Positions 9,862 through 20,080 are shown, counted from the stretch's first letter. The stretch: 64,000 nt of DNA from an uncultured Acidobacteriota bacterium (GCA_963713825.1 CAVQNG010000001.1:192001-256000), one strand, 5' to 3'. Made by a program: numbers and translations. Notes: a model not told the origin generated them from the letters alone.

Positions 9862-10908
9862 TCAGCCCTCGTCCAGAATCAGGGGAGCCAGGCGCTCGGG
9901 ATTCTTCTTGAGGTACTTGGCCAGGCGCGAGGTCAGCGAAGCTTGCAGGCGCTGAGGACTCGCTCCACCGTTCTTGGGCAGCGGCATCCAACCACCAGCC
10001 ATCATGCCGTGACCGCCGCCCTTGCCGCGCTTGCCCAACAAGCGGCGCATCAGCCGGCCGGCGTCAGCGCGCGGATTGGTCGTACGAATCGACAGGTAGA
10101 GTCGGTCATCGAAGACTCCGGTGGAAAAAGACCAGGTTTTGCCTTGGAGGCGTAGAAGGAGGTCGGCGATCTCGGGAACGATGTCCGGTTGGGCGACCTC
10201 TCCGACGTGACTCACGACCAGCGTCTCGACCGACTCGACGTGCTCGAGCGCCTCGTGAAGGGTTCGATAGTAGCTCTCGGGAAGTGGGGGAGACTGAATC
10301 CTGGCCAGGGCTCGCAGATCGGCCGACGAATGCAGCCCATCGTAGACGGTCTTGTCGGCGCGGACATATTGGCGTCCGAAGTCCTGGGTCTCGGTGCGAA
10401 TCGCATAGACGAAGGCCGTGGCGTCTCGCTTGCTGATCTCCATGTCGGCCGCCAGCAGATACTCAGCGAGGATCGTGGCGGTGGCTCCGTATTCGGGCCG
10501 GAGATCGACGAAGGGGCTCTGCTGGGTGGCGCGACGGAGCGGGTGATGGTCGAACACCAGGTCTGGCGTGACTTCGTCGGGAAGCTGGTTGTTGCCGGTC
10601 TGGGGTTGCGAGTCGACGAGAGCGAAATGTCGGTAGTGCTTCCAGTTCAGATGGCGGAGGTGACTCAGTCGGATGCCCAGCACCTTGACCATCTGCTGGT
10701 TCTCGGCCCTGCCGATGATGCCGGTGTAGGCCGTGGTCACACGCCTTTTGAAGACCCGGCGCAGTAACTTGCTCAGGCCGGCCGCTGCGGCGATCGAGTC
10801 TGGATCGGGATTGTCGTGCATCAGGACGAGCCAACGACCGGTGCTCGTTCCTTTCTCGACGTAGTCGGCAAGCTCCGCCAGCTTGCGGCGCGTCAGATCA
10901 GTGATCAT
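9862..10908 (-). CDS. DHH family phosphoesterase (NrnA-like, DHHA1 domain)
   Basis: HDNPDPDS, LVD, DHH, GGGH motifs. Confidence 0.88.
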   Translation of the reverse strand: MITDLTRRKLAELADYVEKGTSTGRWLVLMHDNPDPDSIAAAAGLSKLLRRVFKRRVTTAYTGIIGRAENQQMVKVLGIRLSHLRHLNWKHYRHFALVDSQPQTGNNQLPDEVTPDLVFDHHPLRRATQQSPFVDLRPEYGATATILAEYLLAADMEISKRDATAFVYAIRTETQDFGRQYVRADKTVYDGLHSSADLRALARIQSPPLPESYYRTLHEALEHVESVETLVVSHVGEVAQPDIVPEIADLLLRLQGKTWSFSTGVFDDRLYLSIRTTNPRADAGRLMRRLLGKRGKGGGHGMMAGGWMPLPKNGGASPQRLQASLTSRLAKYLKKNPERLAPLILDEG

Positions 10909-10948
10909 CGGGCTTTGAATTCTATCGCAGGGCCGAACATGAGTAGCA

Positions 10949-12355
10949 TTACTCGTCGGCGAAGATCTTGCCGGGGTTGAGGATGCCAGCCGGGTCGAAG
11001 GCACTCTTGAGAGCGCGCATCACCTCGATCGATCCTGGTGGGGCAGCCAGCGGGAGATAGCGACGCTGGCTCCAGCCAATGCCATGCTCTCCTGTTACGG
11101 ATCCGCCGACGCTGGTTACCCACTCGAAGAGCTCGGCTTCGGCGGCATCCCGATTCCGCTTCCAGGTTGCTGCCGCGAGGTCGCCGCGCATAAGGTTGAC
11201 GTGCAGGTTGCCGTCACCCGCGTGACCGTAGCAAACAGCTTCAAGCTGTCTGTCTTTGGCCACACGCCTTGCCTTCTCTACGAGGTTTGCCAGCTCGGAT
11301 CGCGGTACGACGGTGTCGGCCTCCTTGTATACGGAGTACTCGCGCACCGCGATGGCGATCTTCTCTCGAATCTCCCAAAGTCGGCGCTGATCGCTGGATT
11401 CTTGAGCGATGATCACCTCGACCTGCTCCTGCTCGTCGAAGATGTCGGAGGCCTTTGCAGCGCGTTCGAGCAAGGCGTCGGAATCGTCTCCATCCAACTC
11501 GAGGAGCAGTAGAGCGGCGGCGTTTGCCAGCTGGTCGGGAATGGGGGTCAGCCTCGCGACCAGCTCGAGGGCTCGAGCTTCCATCAGTTCACAAGCGGCG
11601 GGGTCGACGCCCGCGACGAACAACCGGCTGACAGCTCTTGCCGCGGCCTGTAGAGAAGAGAAGGGGGCGGCGAGAGTCAATCGGAGCCGGGGCATGTTGG
11701 TCAGCTTCAGTAGAGCCGCTGTCACCACGGCCAGAGTCCCCTCGGAACCGATCAGGAGCTGTGTCAGGTTGTATCCGGCGGCGTTCTTTCTCGTTGCGCT
11801 GCCAGTGCGGATGACCGTGCCGTTGGATAGCACGGCCTCGAGGCCGAGAACCCAATTCCGGGTCGTGCCGTATTTGCAGGACCGCGGCCCGGCGGCATCC
11901 TCGGCGATGTTTCCACCGAGCTGGCAGCTGTCATGGCTGGCGGGGTCGGGTGGATAGAACAAGCCGAGGTCTTCGACGGCGCGCTGCAAATCAGCTGTGA
12001 TGAGACCGGCCTCGGCCTCGACCGTGAGATTGACTTCGTCGATGAAGCGGATTCGATTCAGGCGCTCCAAGGAGAGACTGAGTCCACCGTACACAGGCAG
12101 GGCACCGCCGGATAGCCCTGTGCCTCCGCCGCGGGGAGTGACGGCAAACCGCGCCTCTCCAGCGAGCCCAAGAACTGCTGCAACCTGTTCTTTCGTCTCT
12201 GGGAGGGCGATGGCCTCTGGCCGGAACTCGACATCTTCAGTTTCGTCGACTCCATAGGCGCTCAACGCGACAGGGTCGGTGAGGACTCCGTTGTCTCCCA
12301 GAAGCTCTCTCAGGCGGCTCAGGGAGTCTGGGGTCAGCGGCTCGAATTGGGTCAT
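10949..12355 (-). CDS. FAD-linked oxidase (GlcD/D-lactate dehydrogenase family)
   Basis: PRGGGTGLSGG, YPPDPAS, GSEGTL, GHAGDGNLH, GEHGIG, DPAGILNPGKIF. Confidence 0.9.
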   Translation of the reverse strand: MTQFEPLTPDSLSRLRELLGDNGVLTDPVALSAYGVDETEDVEFRPEAIALPETKEQVAAVLGLAGEARFAVTPRGGGTGLSGGALPVYGGLSLSLERLNRIRFIDEVNLTVEAEAGLITADLQRAVEDLGLFYPPDPASHDSCQLGGNIAEDAAGPRSCKYGTTRNWVLGLEAVLSNGTVIRTGSATRKNAAGYNLTQLLIGSEGTLAVVTAALLKLTNMPRLRLTLAAPFSSLQAAARAVSRLFVAGVDPAACELMEARALELVARLTPIPDQLANAAALLLLELDGDDSDALLERAAKASDIFDEQEQVEVIIAQESSDQRRLWEIREKIAIAVREYSVYKEADTVVPRSELANLVEKARRVAKDRQLEAVCYGHAGDGNLHVNLMRGDLAAATWKRNRDAAEAELFEWVTSVGGSVTGEHGIGWSQRRYLPLAAPPGSIEVMRALKSAFDPAGILNPGKIFADE

Positions 12356-12555
12356 TGTCGAATCGGTATCGTGAATTGGACGTATCGCCAAACCGGGCTC
12401 CATTACCAACCGTGTATTGTAAGACGATCGTGCCGGCAAGCCGAGCCAACGAGATTCGGGACCGAATCGCTGCGATTCGATACATGGACTACCACTGGAG
12501 CCTGAACGACCGCCACCGGGTGGAATAGCTCGACTCGCCGGCCTCGATTCGGCGG

Positions 12556-14016
12556 TCAAAGCAAGTGGGAGGCGAGCAGCGAAGCCAGTCCCAAGAAAGA
12601 CAGGAAGCCGGTGATGTCGGCAATTGCGACGACAAGAACCGAGCTGCCCAATGCCGGGTCGAGATTGAGGCGTCGGAGCATGAGCGGTATGAGCGCTCCG
12701 ACCGTCGAGGCGATGAGAAGGCTTGTGGTGGAGGCCACGAGCAGGACCCCACTGAGGACCAGGTTCCGCTCCCAGAGCAACGCGGCCAGAGCGAGAATCG
12801 AGCCCACGATGACACCGTTGACAAGACCTACGCTGGCTTGGCGGCCGATCACCCGCCAGGTGCGCCGTAAGTCCATCTCACCGGTGGCCAGGCTTCCGAG
12901 CAGCACCGTCAGGGTCTGTTGGCCAGCCAGGGCGCTGGTCGCTGCGACCGGATGCATGAAGGCAGCCAGAATCACATACTTGGCGAGGACGACCTGAAAC
13001 TGTCCGATCACGCCGGCCGCGACGAGTGCGCCGGCCAGGCCCGCAAGGAGCCAGGGCAGGCGAAACCGCAGGATTCGAGCCAGTGGCGTCGCGAGTGTCT
13101 CTTGGACCGACAGGCCCCCCAGCCGGTACAGGTCCGCAGACGCTTCTTCCTCTAGAACATCGAAAACATCATCGACCGTAATGACACCGGCCAGTTTCCC
13201 GTCGAGATCGAGAACCGGCATCATTGGGAGGTCATAGCGCACGAACATACGGGCCACATCCTCCTGCGGCGCATCGACCTGTACCGATATGAGGTCCCGG
13301 CTCATGATGTCGCTGAGCCGACTCTCAGCCGTAGCGCTGAGCAGCTGCCAGAGCTTCACCAGACCGATCAAGTGTCCCCGATCGTCCGTCACATAGAGAT
13401 AGAACAGACGCCTCGACTGGGCCAGGCTGCGAATGCCCTCGAGCGTGCTAGCCAAGCTCTCGTCGCCACGGAAGAAGACCACATCGGGGTCCATGATTCC
13501 CCCGGCAGTGGTCGCACCGTAGAGCATGAGGTTGTTCAGATGGGTGGCCAGAGCCGGCTCCAGAGAGTCGAGCAGTGTCTTGCCTCGTTCTGGATCCAAC
13601 TGGTCCAGCAGGTCGACAGCATCATCGGCTGGCAGTCTGCCTACGATCACCGCTAGTCGATCATCTGGGAACTCGTCGAGGACCTGCAACAGGGTCTGGG
13701 GGTCCATTTCGCTGAGAGTCGGAGCGGCCAGACGGAGCTCGAACAAGACCTCGAGCAGGCTGTCCTGCTCATGCGGCTTCAAGAGCGGGAACAGAGGCGC
13801 GATGTCAGCCGGGTGGACGCGGGCGAGGGCGCGCCGGAGCTGTCTCTTCGACGGCGACCGAATGAGGCGCAGGATCAACTTCTGCCTCTGTCCATGAGCC
13901 AGATTGTCGAGATAGGTGCGCTGCTTTGCCGCCATCGAGGGAATGTTACGATAAAGCACCTCGCGGCGGCCCCTTGGCCCCGGAGACGGAGCGACAGCCT
14001 GGGCAAAATCGGTCAT
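12556..14016 (-). CDS. mgtE: Magnesium transporter MgtE (divergent pore motif)
   Basis: MgtE_N (HPADIA), CBS pair (TAGGIM, GVITVDDV), RLPWL, DPALGS, five TM helices; alternative start at 13935. Confidence 0.85.
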   Translation of the reverse strand: MTDFAQAVAPSPGPRGRREVLYRNIPSMAAKQRTYLDNLAHGQRQKLILRLIRSPSKRQLRRALARVHPADIAPLFPLLKPHEQDSLLEVLFELRLAAPTLSEMDPQTLLQVLDEFPDDRLAVIVGRLPADDAVDLLDQLDPERGKTLLDSLEPALATHLNNLMLYGATTAGGIMDPDVVFFRGDESLASTLEGIRSLAQSRRLFYLYVTDDRGHLIGLVKLWQLLSATAESRLSDIMSRDLISVQVDAPQEDVARMFVRYDLPMMPVLDLDGKLAGVITVDDVFDVLEEEASADLYRLGGLSVQETLATPLARILRFRLPWLLAGLAGALVAAGVIGQFQVVLAKYVILAAFMHPVAATSALAGQQTLTVLLGSLATGEMDLRRTWRVIGRQASVGLVNGVIVGSILALAALLWERNLVLSGVLLVASTTSLLIASTVGALIPLMLRRLNLDPALGSSVLVVAIADITGFLSFLGLASLLASHLL

Positions 14017-14048
14017 AACTCACCTGCACAGATAGGTCATCGGGATCC

Positions 14049-14879
14049 ATGATTCAAGAGCTCATTCGTATCGGACCGATCTCGATCAGTCCCTTCGGGA
14101 TCCTGTTGGCGGCGGCTTTCCTGGCGGCGATGATGCAGCTTCGGTGGGGACTGAAGTACCTTGGAGCCGGGGATGCCGAGGACGCCGGAGCGATTCTGGT
14201 CGCGGCCGTTCTGGGTGGAATTCTGGGTGCCAAGATCTACTATGCGATGCTGTACCGGGATTGGCGCCTCATCTTCGACCGCGCCGGGCTGGTTTGGTAC
14301 GGGGGATTCATCTTGGGCGCCCTTGCCGTGCTCTGGGTGGCTCGCCGTCGCCAGCTGGATTCCTGGTCGTTGGCTGACGCGGCGGCTCCTGCCCTGGCCC
14401 TGGGCTATGCGGTCGGTCGGATCGGCTGCTTCCTCGTCGGTGATGATTTTGGAATGCCGACCCGTCTTCCCTGGGGTGTGAAGTTTCCGGCTGGCGTTCC
14501 GGCGCCAACGACCGCTGGCTTGATGCGTTACGAGTACGGCGCCGAGATTCCACCCGAGATCCCCGACACCGAGTTGATTGCTGTTCATCCGACGCAGCTC
14601 TACGAGACCCTCGGCGCTGGCACGATATGGCTGATCGGAGTCTGGATGTTGCGGCGGGGTGCCCGGCGCGGATCGACGACGATCGTAGTTGTCTCGCTGC
14701 TCGCCGTGGAGCGCTTTCTGGTGGAATTTCTGCGGGCCAAGGACGACCGATTCGTGGGGTCGCTGACTCTGGCGCAGGTCTTGAGCCTCGTGGTGCTGGC
14801 CATCATGGGCCTGCTGTGGATGAAGATGCTGCCGTCGAACAATCGTGCGAAGCGGGATGAGGACAAAGCGCGTGCATGA
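14049..14879 (+). CDS. lgt: Prolipoprotein diacylglyceryl transferase
   Basis: GLVWYGG, GRIGCFLVGDDFG, HPTQLYE, ERFLVEFLR. Confidence 0.93.
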   Translation: MIQELIRIGPISISPFGILLAAAFLAAMMQLRWGLKYLGAGDAEDAGAILVAAVLGGILGAKIYYAMLYRDWRLIFDRAGLVWYGGFILGALAVLWVARRRQLDSWSLADAAAPALALGYAVGRIGCFLVGDDFGMPTRLPWGVKFPAGVPAPTTAGLMRYEYGAEIPPEIPDTELIAVHPTQLYETLGAGTIWLIGVWMLRRGARRGSTTIVVVSLLAVERFLVEFLRAKDDRFVGSLTLAQVLSLVVLAIMGLLWMKMLPSNNRAKRDEDKARA

Positions 14880-15879
14880 GTCTCGAGCCGATGCGGCCGT
14901 ATTGGATCTGGTGGTCGTCGGAGCAGGACCGACTGGAATCGCCATCGGAGCCGAAGCGAGAAAGGCTGGCATGGACTTTCTGCTCATCGACCGGGGTCCC
15001 CTGGTAGCCAATCTGCTGGCCTTCCCGACCTTCATGAGGTTCTTTACGACCCGGGACCTGTTGGAGGTGGGTGGAATTCCCTTTGCCGTCCCTGAGGACA
15101 AGCCGGATCGGCGGCAGGCGATCGCCTACTACCAGTCGGTAGCGCGTGCCTTCGAGCTGCCGCTGGCTGTACACGAGGAGGTCACCGAGATTCGTCGCGA
15201 GGCGGGGCTCTTCCGCCTCGGGAGCCGATCCGAGGACGGGGAGCTGGCGCGCCGTACGAAGGCAGTAGCGCTGGCCACCGGGTACTTCCACAACCCCCGT
15301 CGACTGGGCGTCGAAGGTGAGGAGCAGCCGTGGGTGAGCTACAGGTACTTCGAGCCGTATGCCCACTTTGGCAGAGACGTGGTCGTAGTCGGAGGGGGCA
15401 ACTCGGCCGCTGAGACGGCTCTCGAGTTGTGGCGCAACGGCGTCAAGGTGACGCTGGTGCACAGGGGTGAAACCCTGAAGCCGTCGATCAAGTATTGGCT
15501 CAGGCCCGATGCGGAGAATCGCATCGATGAGGGCTCGATCGAGGCGCACTTCTCGTCCACGGTGGTTGGCTTTGGAGACCACGAGGTCGAGATCGAGAGC
15601 CCGGAGGGCAGGAAGCGCCTACCGGCGGATGCGGCCTACGTTCTTATCGGCTACACACCCGAGGTGGAGCTGATGCGTCGGTCGGGCGTCGAGTTGGATG
15701 ACGAGACTCTCGTCCCTGAGTTCGACGATGACTCGTGCCAGTCGAACGTCCCAGGCCTCTACCTGGCTGGAACGCTGCAAGCAGGGCGTCGCACGGACAA
15801 GATTTTCATCGAGAACTCGCGCGAGCACGGCGCGAAAATCGTGTCTCACCTCAGGAACCGGCTGCAGACAGAGGCCTGA
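14872..15879 (+). CDS. ypdA: YpdA-family putative bacillithiol disulfide reductase
   Basis: GAGPTG, FPTFMRFFT, ATGYF, GGGNSA, IKYWLRPD.ENRI, IFIENSR.H; no TrxB CxxC; GTG start after GAGGA. Confidence 0.82.
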   Translation: MHESRADAAVLDLVVVGAGPTGIAIGAEARKAGMDFLLIDRGPLVANLLAFPTFMRFFTTRDLLEVGGIPFAVPEDKPDRRQAIAYYQSVARAFELPLAVHEEVTEIRREAGLFRLGSRSEDGELARRTKAVALATGYFHNPRRLGVEGEEQPWVSYRYFEPYAHFGRDVVVVGGGNSAAETALELWRNGVKVTLVHRGETLKPSIKYWLRPDAENRIDEGSIEAHFSSTVVGFGDHEVEIESPEGRKRLPADAAYVLIGYTPEVELMRRSGVELDDETLVPEFDDDSCQSNVPGLYLAGTLQAGRRTDKIFIENSREHGAKIVSHLRNRLQTEA

Positions 15880-16018
15880 AGATCTCGAGGGGGCGCGCCA
15901 CGGAGGCACGCGTCTTGCGTAGAGAATGTAAGGAGCGCCTCCCTTCTGGCGCATTAGCCTAATTCACGGCACGCTTTGAACCCCGGAAGATGTCATGCGG
16001 TGTCTATTCGAGAGGACG

Positions 16019-17692
16019 ATGAAGCTAAGAACCGCCATTCTGGCCCTGCTGGCCGCGACTTCCTTGCATGCCCAGGAGTCTCCTGGCGCCCTACCGGGCG
16101 TTTTTGGAGAAGTTCTCGATGTGCGGGTGGTCAACCTGGAAGTGGTGGTCACCGATCGCGACGGGGTACCGATTTTCGGCCTTGGCCCGGATGCCTTCGA
16201 TCTGAAGATCGATGATGAGAGCGTCCCCATCGAGTATTTCTCAGAGGTCCGAGCGGGAGTTGCCGGGACCGCAAAGCAAGAAGAGCCCGTTCTTCCCGGA
16301 CTGCCCGCTCTGACCGTGGGCCAGCCCGTAGGCACGAGCTACCTGGTTTTCATCGACGAGTACTTCTCGATTGCCCGGGACCGCGATCGAGTCCTGGAGG
16401 CCATGAAGAGCGATTTGCCGCTTCTCGGTCCTGCAGACCGCATGGCTATCGTGGCATTCAACGGTTCGGATCTCGAGATGATCTCGACGTGGAGTCAATC
16501 TGTGCCTGAGCTGGAGCGCGCGATCGATACAGCTCTCGAGCGTCCGGCGTTCGGCCTCCAGCGCTTGGCCGAGCAACGTCAGTTCGACTACGACCGGACA
16601 CTGGGAGCCCTTTCTTCGATTCGGGCCGGCGAGATGGCGAGCGATCGGTTCCTCAGAACACAACTCGATCCTGACGAGCGGTTCTATTTAGAGAGACTGA
16701 CCGACCAGGTGAGCCGCTCAGTAACAGCGGGCGCTTCCACACTCCGGAGCTTCGCAGAGCCTCCCGGCCGGAAGGTCATGCTGTTGCTGTCTGGAGGATG
16801 GCCGTTTTTTCCCGCTACGTTCCTGGGTCCCGATATCTCGCCAACGGTTCTGAGCTGGGAGCTGGCAGATGGGCAGGCTCTCTTTCGCCCTCTCACGGAT
16901 ACCGCAAACCTGATCGGATATACGCTCTATCCCGTGGATGTCCCCGGGTTTGCCGATTTGCTGGCGAACGATTCGACGGTCCTCAGGGAACCGCAGGTCG
17001 AAGAGCTGGCTCGCACCGGCATTCGTGGGCATGACGCATTCCTGCGCCAGCAGGAAGTGCACTACACCTTGAGCTACCTCGCCGAGGAGACCGGCGGCGC
17101 CGCTTTTCTCGACGGAGCCAGGCTGGATGCGCTGAGCGAGGCGGTGTCGGATACACGGTCCTACTATTGGATCGGCTTCACTCCGAGTCGGGAGTGGGAC
17201 GACAAACGGCACAAGATCGAGGTCTCCCTCCGCGAGAAGGGCTTTCGAGTGCGCTCTCGAAGAGACTTCCTGGACTCATCGAGACAGCATGAAGTGGCGA
17301 TGGCCTTGGAGAGCACCCTGCTTTTTGGAAATCCGGCTGGCCAGGGCTCGCTGCGGGTGGTCTTGGGCGAGGTGAAGAACAAGGGCCGGCGAAAGATGGA
17401 AGTGCCGGTGAAGCTCGTAATACCCTTGGATGAAATTACTTTTCTACCGTCAGAGCAGGGAGAGGTCGCTCAGATAGAGCTCATGGTTGCGGTGCGCGAC
17501 GAGTCGGGCCGCAGAGCCGATATTCCGGTCGTCCCTCTCGCTTTCCAAGCTCAGGGGGCAGGCTCCCCCGGAGCTTTTGGGAGCTATGACTTTTCCCTGC
17601 AGCTCCGCCGGCAGCGCAACGACGCCGTGATCGCTGTCGTCGACGTTGCAAGTGGTAGGATCCTTTCTGCCAGCGTCGAGATTGAGCCCTAG
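16019..17692 (+). CDS. Secreted VWA-domain protein (acidobacterial VWFA-related type)
   Basis: VRVVNLEVVVTDRDG.P..GL...F, GRKVMLLLSGG, LAEETGG, YYWIGF, H.IEV. Confidence 0.85.
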   Translation: MKLRTAILALLAATSLHAQESPGALPGVFGEVLDVRVVNLEVVVTDRDGVPIFGLGPDAFDLKIDDESVPIEYFSEVRAGVAGTAKQEEPVLPGLPALTVGQPVGTSYLVFIDEYFSIARDRDRVLEAMKSDLPLLGPADRMAIVAFNGSDLEMISTWSQSVPELERAIDTALERPAFGLQRLAEQRQFDYDRTLGALSSIRAGEMASDRFLRTQLDPDERFYLERLTDQVSRSVTAGASTLRSFAEPPGRKVMLLLSGGWPFFPATFLGPDISPTVLSWELADGQALFRPLTDTANLIGYTLYPVDVPGFADLLANDSTVLREPQVEELARTGIRGHDAFLRQQEVHYTLSYLAEETGGAAFLDGARLDALSEAVSDTRSYYWIGFTPSREWDDKRHKIEVSLREKGFRVRSRRDFLDSSRQHEVAMALESTLLFGNPAGQGSLRVVLGEVKNKGRRKMEVPVKLVIPLDEITFLPSEQGEVAQIELMVAVRDESGRRADIPVVPLAFQAQGAGSPGAFGSYDFSLQLRRQRNDAVIAVVDVASGRILSASVEIEP

Positions 17693-17736
17693 TCGGCCAG
17701 CGCCGCTCCTGGAGCCAAGTCAAGAGGTCGAGATTG

Positions 17737-19443
17737 ATGCATCGAGGAACTGTTCAGATTCTGAGCCTTCTGCCGATCCTGGGGATCGGCTTAGCCTTCC
17801 CCATGCTTGCCCAGGAGGCGGGCGAGGTGTCGGAGGAAGAAGGGTCGTACGTCGAGACGGTGGATGTGACTGTCGTCAACCTCGATGTCTACGTGACCGA
17901 CAAGAAGGGTGTGCCGATAACCGGACTGACTCGCGATGACTTCGAGATCTTCGAAAACCGCCGGCCGGTGGCCATAACGAACTTCTTCGCGGTCGAGGAC
18001 CGAAAGCCGGTCGAGGGCCAACTCGTAGGCAAGGTCGCTGCACCGGAAACTCCAGTCATTCCCGGCATGCCCGAGGGTGAGCAGTTCGCCCTTCCTGACG
18101 ACCAGAAACTGTCCCTGGTCATCTATGTCGACAATTTCAACATTCGACCCTTCAACCGCAATCGGGTCTTCCGCCGGCTGAGGGACTTTCTGGTCGAGAA
18201 AGTGTCTCGTCATGATCAAGTGATGTTGGTGACCTACGACCGATCGCTACACATGCGCCATGATTTCACCAGCGATCCGACACTGATTGCCAGTCAGCTG
18301 TTCGAGCTCGAAGAGTTGGCGGCCTTCGGAGTGCACTGGGACTCAGAGCGTCGCGACGTGCTGCGAGATATCAATGATTCCGACACATTGGCGGCCGTGT
18401 CCTGGAGGGTTCGACAGTTCGCTGAGAGTGGTTACAACGATCTCAGCTTCTCGATCGAGGCGATCAAGGAGATCGTAACGTCGTTGGCCGGTCTACCGGG
18501 CCGGAAAGCCATCCTCTACGTCAGTGATGGTCTTCAGATGCTGCCTGGAGAGGATCTTTACTATGCGTTGAACCGCAAGTTCGGCGACTCGTCACCGCTG
18601 ACGGAAATGCGCCAGTTCGACGGATCGAGGCGGTTTCAGGAGTTGACGGCCCATGCCAACTCGAGCGGCGTGACCTTCTACACGATCGATGCGGCGGGGT
18701 TGCGCGCTGGAGGCGGGAGCAGTGTCGACATGAGCTCCGCAGGCGAGGCGGGTATGGCCTCCTTCGTCGACAGTATGTACATTCAGAGCTTGCAGTCCCC
18801 ACTCCGCATGATGGCTGACGACACAGGTGGTCGCGCCATCATCAACGCCAACGATGTGGGACCGGATCTCGACAAGGTGGCGACGGACTTTTCGACCTAC
18901 TACTCCCTGGGGTATACGCCATCGCACGGCGGCACGGGGCGCTACTACAAGATCGAAGTCAAAGTGAAGCAGAAGGGCATGCGGGTGCGCCATCGCAACG
19001 GTTATCGCGACAAGCCTTTGATGGCCCGCATGACCGATACGACTCGTGCCAGCCTGATCTACGGCTACGACTACAATCCCATGGGCTTGGTTCTGCGCGT
19101 AGGAGAGCCGGAATTTGTCGAGAAGGACCTGTTCGATGTACCGGTGCTGGTAGGAATCCCTCTCGGAGAGGTTACGCTGCTTCCGATCGATGAGGCCCAG
19201 GAAGCCAAAGTCAAACTGTACTTCGGGGCCATCGATGAGGGCGGGGACATGTCGGAGATCTCCGAGGTCCCGCTTGCCATCCAGATCCCCAATGCCGAGT
19301 TGGAAGAAGCCATGGGAGGCTTCTACCCCTATCAGCTCCAGCTGCGCATGAGGAAAGGGCCGCATCGAGTGACCGTGGGCCTTTGGGATTTGCTGGGAGC
19401 AGAGGAGTCTTTTGCCAGCAAGAATGTGAGGGTGGGAGGCTAG
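17737..19443 (+). CDS. Secreted VWA-domain protein (paralog of the upstream gene)
   Basis: VTVVNLDVYVTDKKG.PITGL..DDF, GRKAILYVSDG, MADDTGG, YYSLGY, VRHR.GY. Confidence 0.87.
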   Translation: MHRGTVQILSLLPILGIGLAFPMLAQEAGEVSEEEGSYVETVDVTVVNLDVYVTDKKGVPITGLTRDDFEIFENRRPVAITNFFAVEDRKPVEGQLVGKVAAPETPVIPGMPEGEQFALPDDQKLSLVIYVDNFNIRPFNRNRVFRRLRDFLVEKVSRHDQVMLVTYDRSLHMRHDFTSDPTLIASQLFELEELAAFGVHWDSERRDVLRDINDSDTLAAVSWRVRQFAESGYNDLSFSIEAIKEIVTSLAGLPGRKAILYVSDGLQMLPGEDLYYALNRKFGDSSPLTEMRQFDGSRRFQELTAHANSSGVTFYTIDAAGLRAGGGSSVDMSSAGEAGMASFVDSMYIQSLQSPLRMMADDTGGRAIINANDVGPDLDKVATDFSTYYSLGYTPSHGGTGRYYKIEVKVKQKGMRVRHRNGYRDKPLMARMTDTTRASLIYGYDYNPMGLVLRVGEPEFVEKDLFDVPVLVGIPLGEVTLLPIDEAQEAKVKLYFGAIDEGGDMSEISEVPLAIQIPNAELEEAMGGFYPYQLQLRMRKGPHRVTVGLWDLLGAEESFASKNVRVGG

Positions 19444-19904
19444 TGGGCAAGAGAATCGACAGCTGGATCGAGTTGTTTCAGTCGCTCCGGGACGCTTTCC
19501 TCGGAGTCATGGAGGCCGAAGTGCAGTCGCTGCGACTGGATTTCGAGCTCACCAAACGGCACATCGGTCAGGCCATTGGTTTCGCTGCTCTCGCGGTATT
19601 CATCTGTTTCTGGGTGATCGGTGTGGCGGTTCTTCTGCTTGTGCAGGTCGCCAGCATCTGGCTGCCAGACTGGGCGGCCTCGCTAGTCGTTCTGGCCTTC
19701 CTGAGCCTCTGTGGGATGGGCCTGGTCGCAGCGGCGCGGCAGCGCCTGCGCCGAATCGAGGCACCGAAAGCGATGATTCGTCGCCATGTCCAGGAACACA
19801 TGGATTGGTGGGAAGAAGAGGTCCTGCCAGGTTCCGATGGCGCCGAGAGTCGACCCGATTCCCTCTCCGAGAGCTCCCGAAACGGCGATCAAGAGAGTTC
19901 TTGA
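19443..19904 (+). CDS. Phage-holin-family (YqjE-like) membrane protein
   Basis: Amphipathic N-terminus, two TM helices, basic C-terminal tail. Confidence 0.7.
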   Translation: MGKRIDSWIELFQSLRDAFLGVMEAEVQSLRLDFELTKRHIGQAIGFAALAVFICFWVIGVAVLLLVQVASIWLPDWAASLVVLAFLSLCGMGLVAAARQRLRRIEAPKAMIRRHVQEHMDWWEEEVLPGSDGAESRPDSLSESSRNGDQESS

Positions 19905-20080
19905 GCTCGAATCTCACAGACAGGCGACAGGACTTCGAGCGGCACGTCCGCATTTTGCGTCAATCGTTCGATCAGGAAGTGGGTCGGCTGCCTCGATGTG
20001 TCGGTAGATGGTGCCTCCCGACAGTGGCACTGATCGCCGGATTCACTTTAGGTCTAGGCAGAGGCCGGCACCGGCACTAG
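19901..20080 (+). CDS. Small membrane-tailed hypothetical protein (possible YqjK-like partner)
   Basis: TTG start overlapping the upstream stop; C-terminal hydrophobic stretch LIAGFTLGLG followed by Arg/His. Confidence 0.5.
   Translation: MSSNLTDRRQDFERHVRILRQSFDQEVGRLPRCVGRWCLPTVALIAGFTLGLGRGRHRH

Noticed and set aside
15977-16006. Possible ECF-sigma promoter (TGAACC...GTCTA) before the VWA genes
   Set aside because: The spacer is longer than typical and there is only one instance, so it is not supportable.
19443-19904. Holin-family gene as evidence of a prophage
   Set aside because: No endolysin, structural or integrase genes are present, and this family is commonly chromosomal (YqjE-like).
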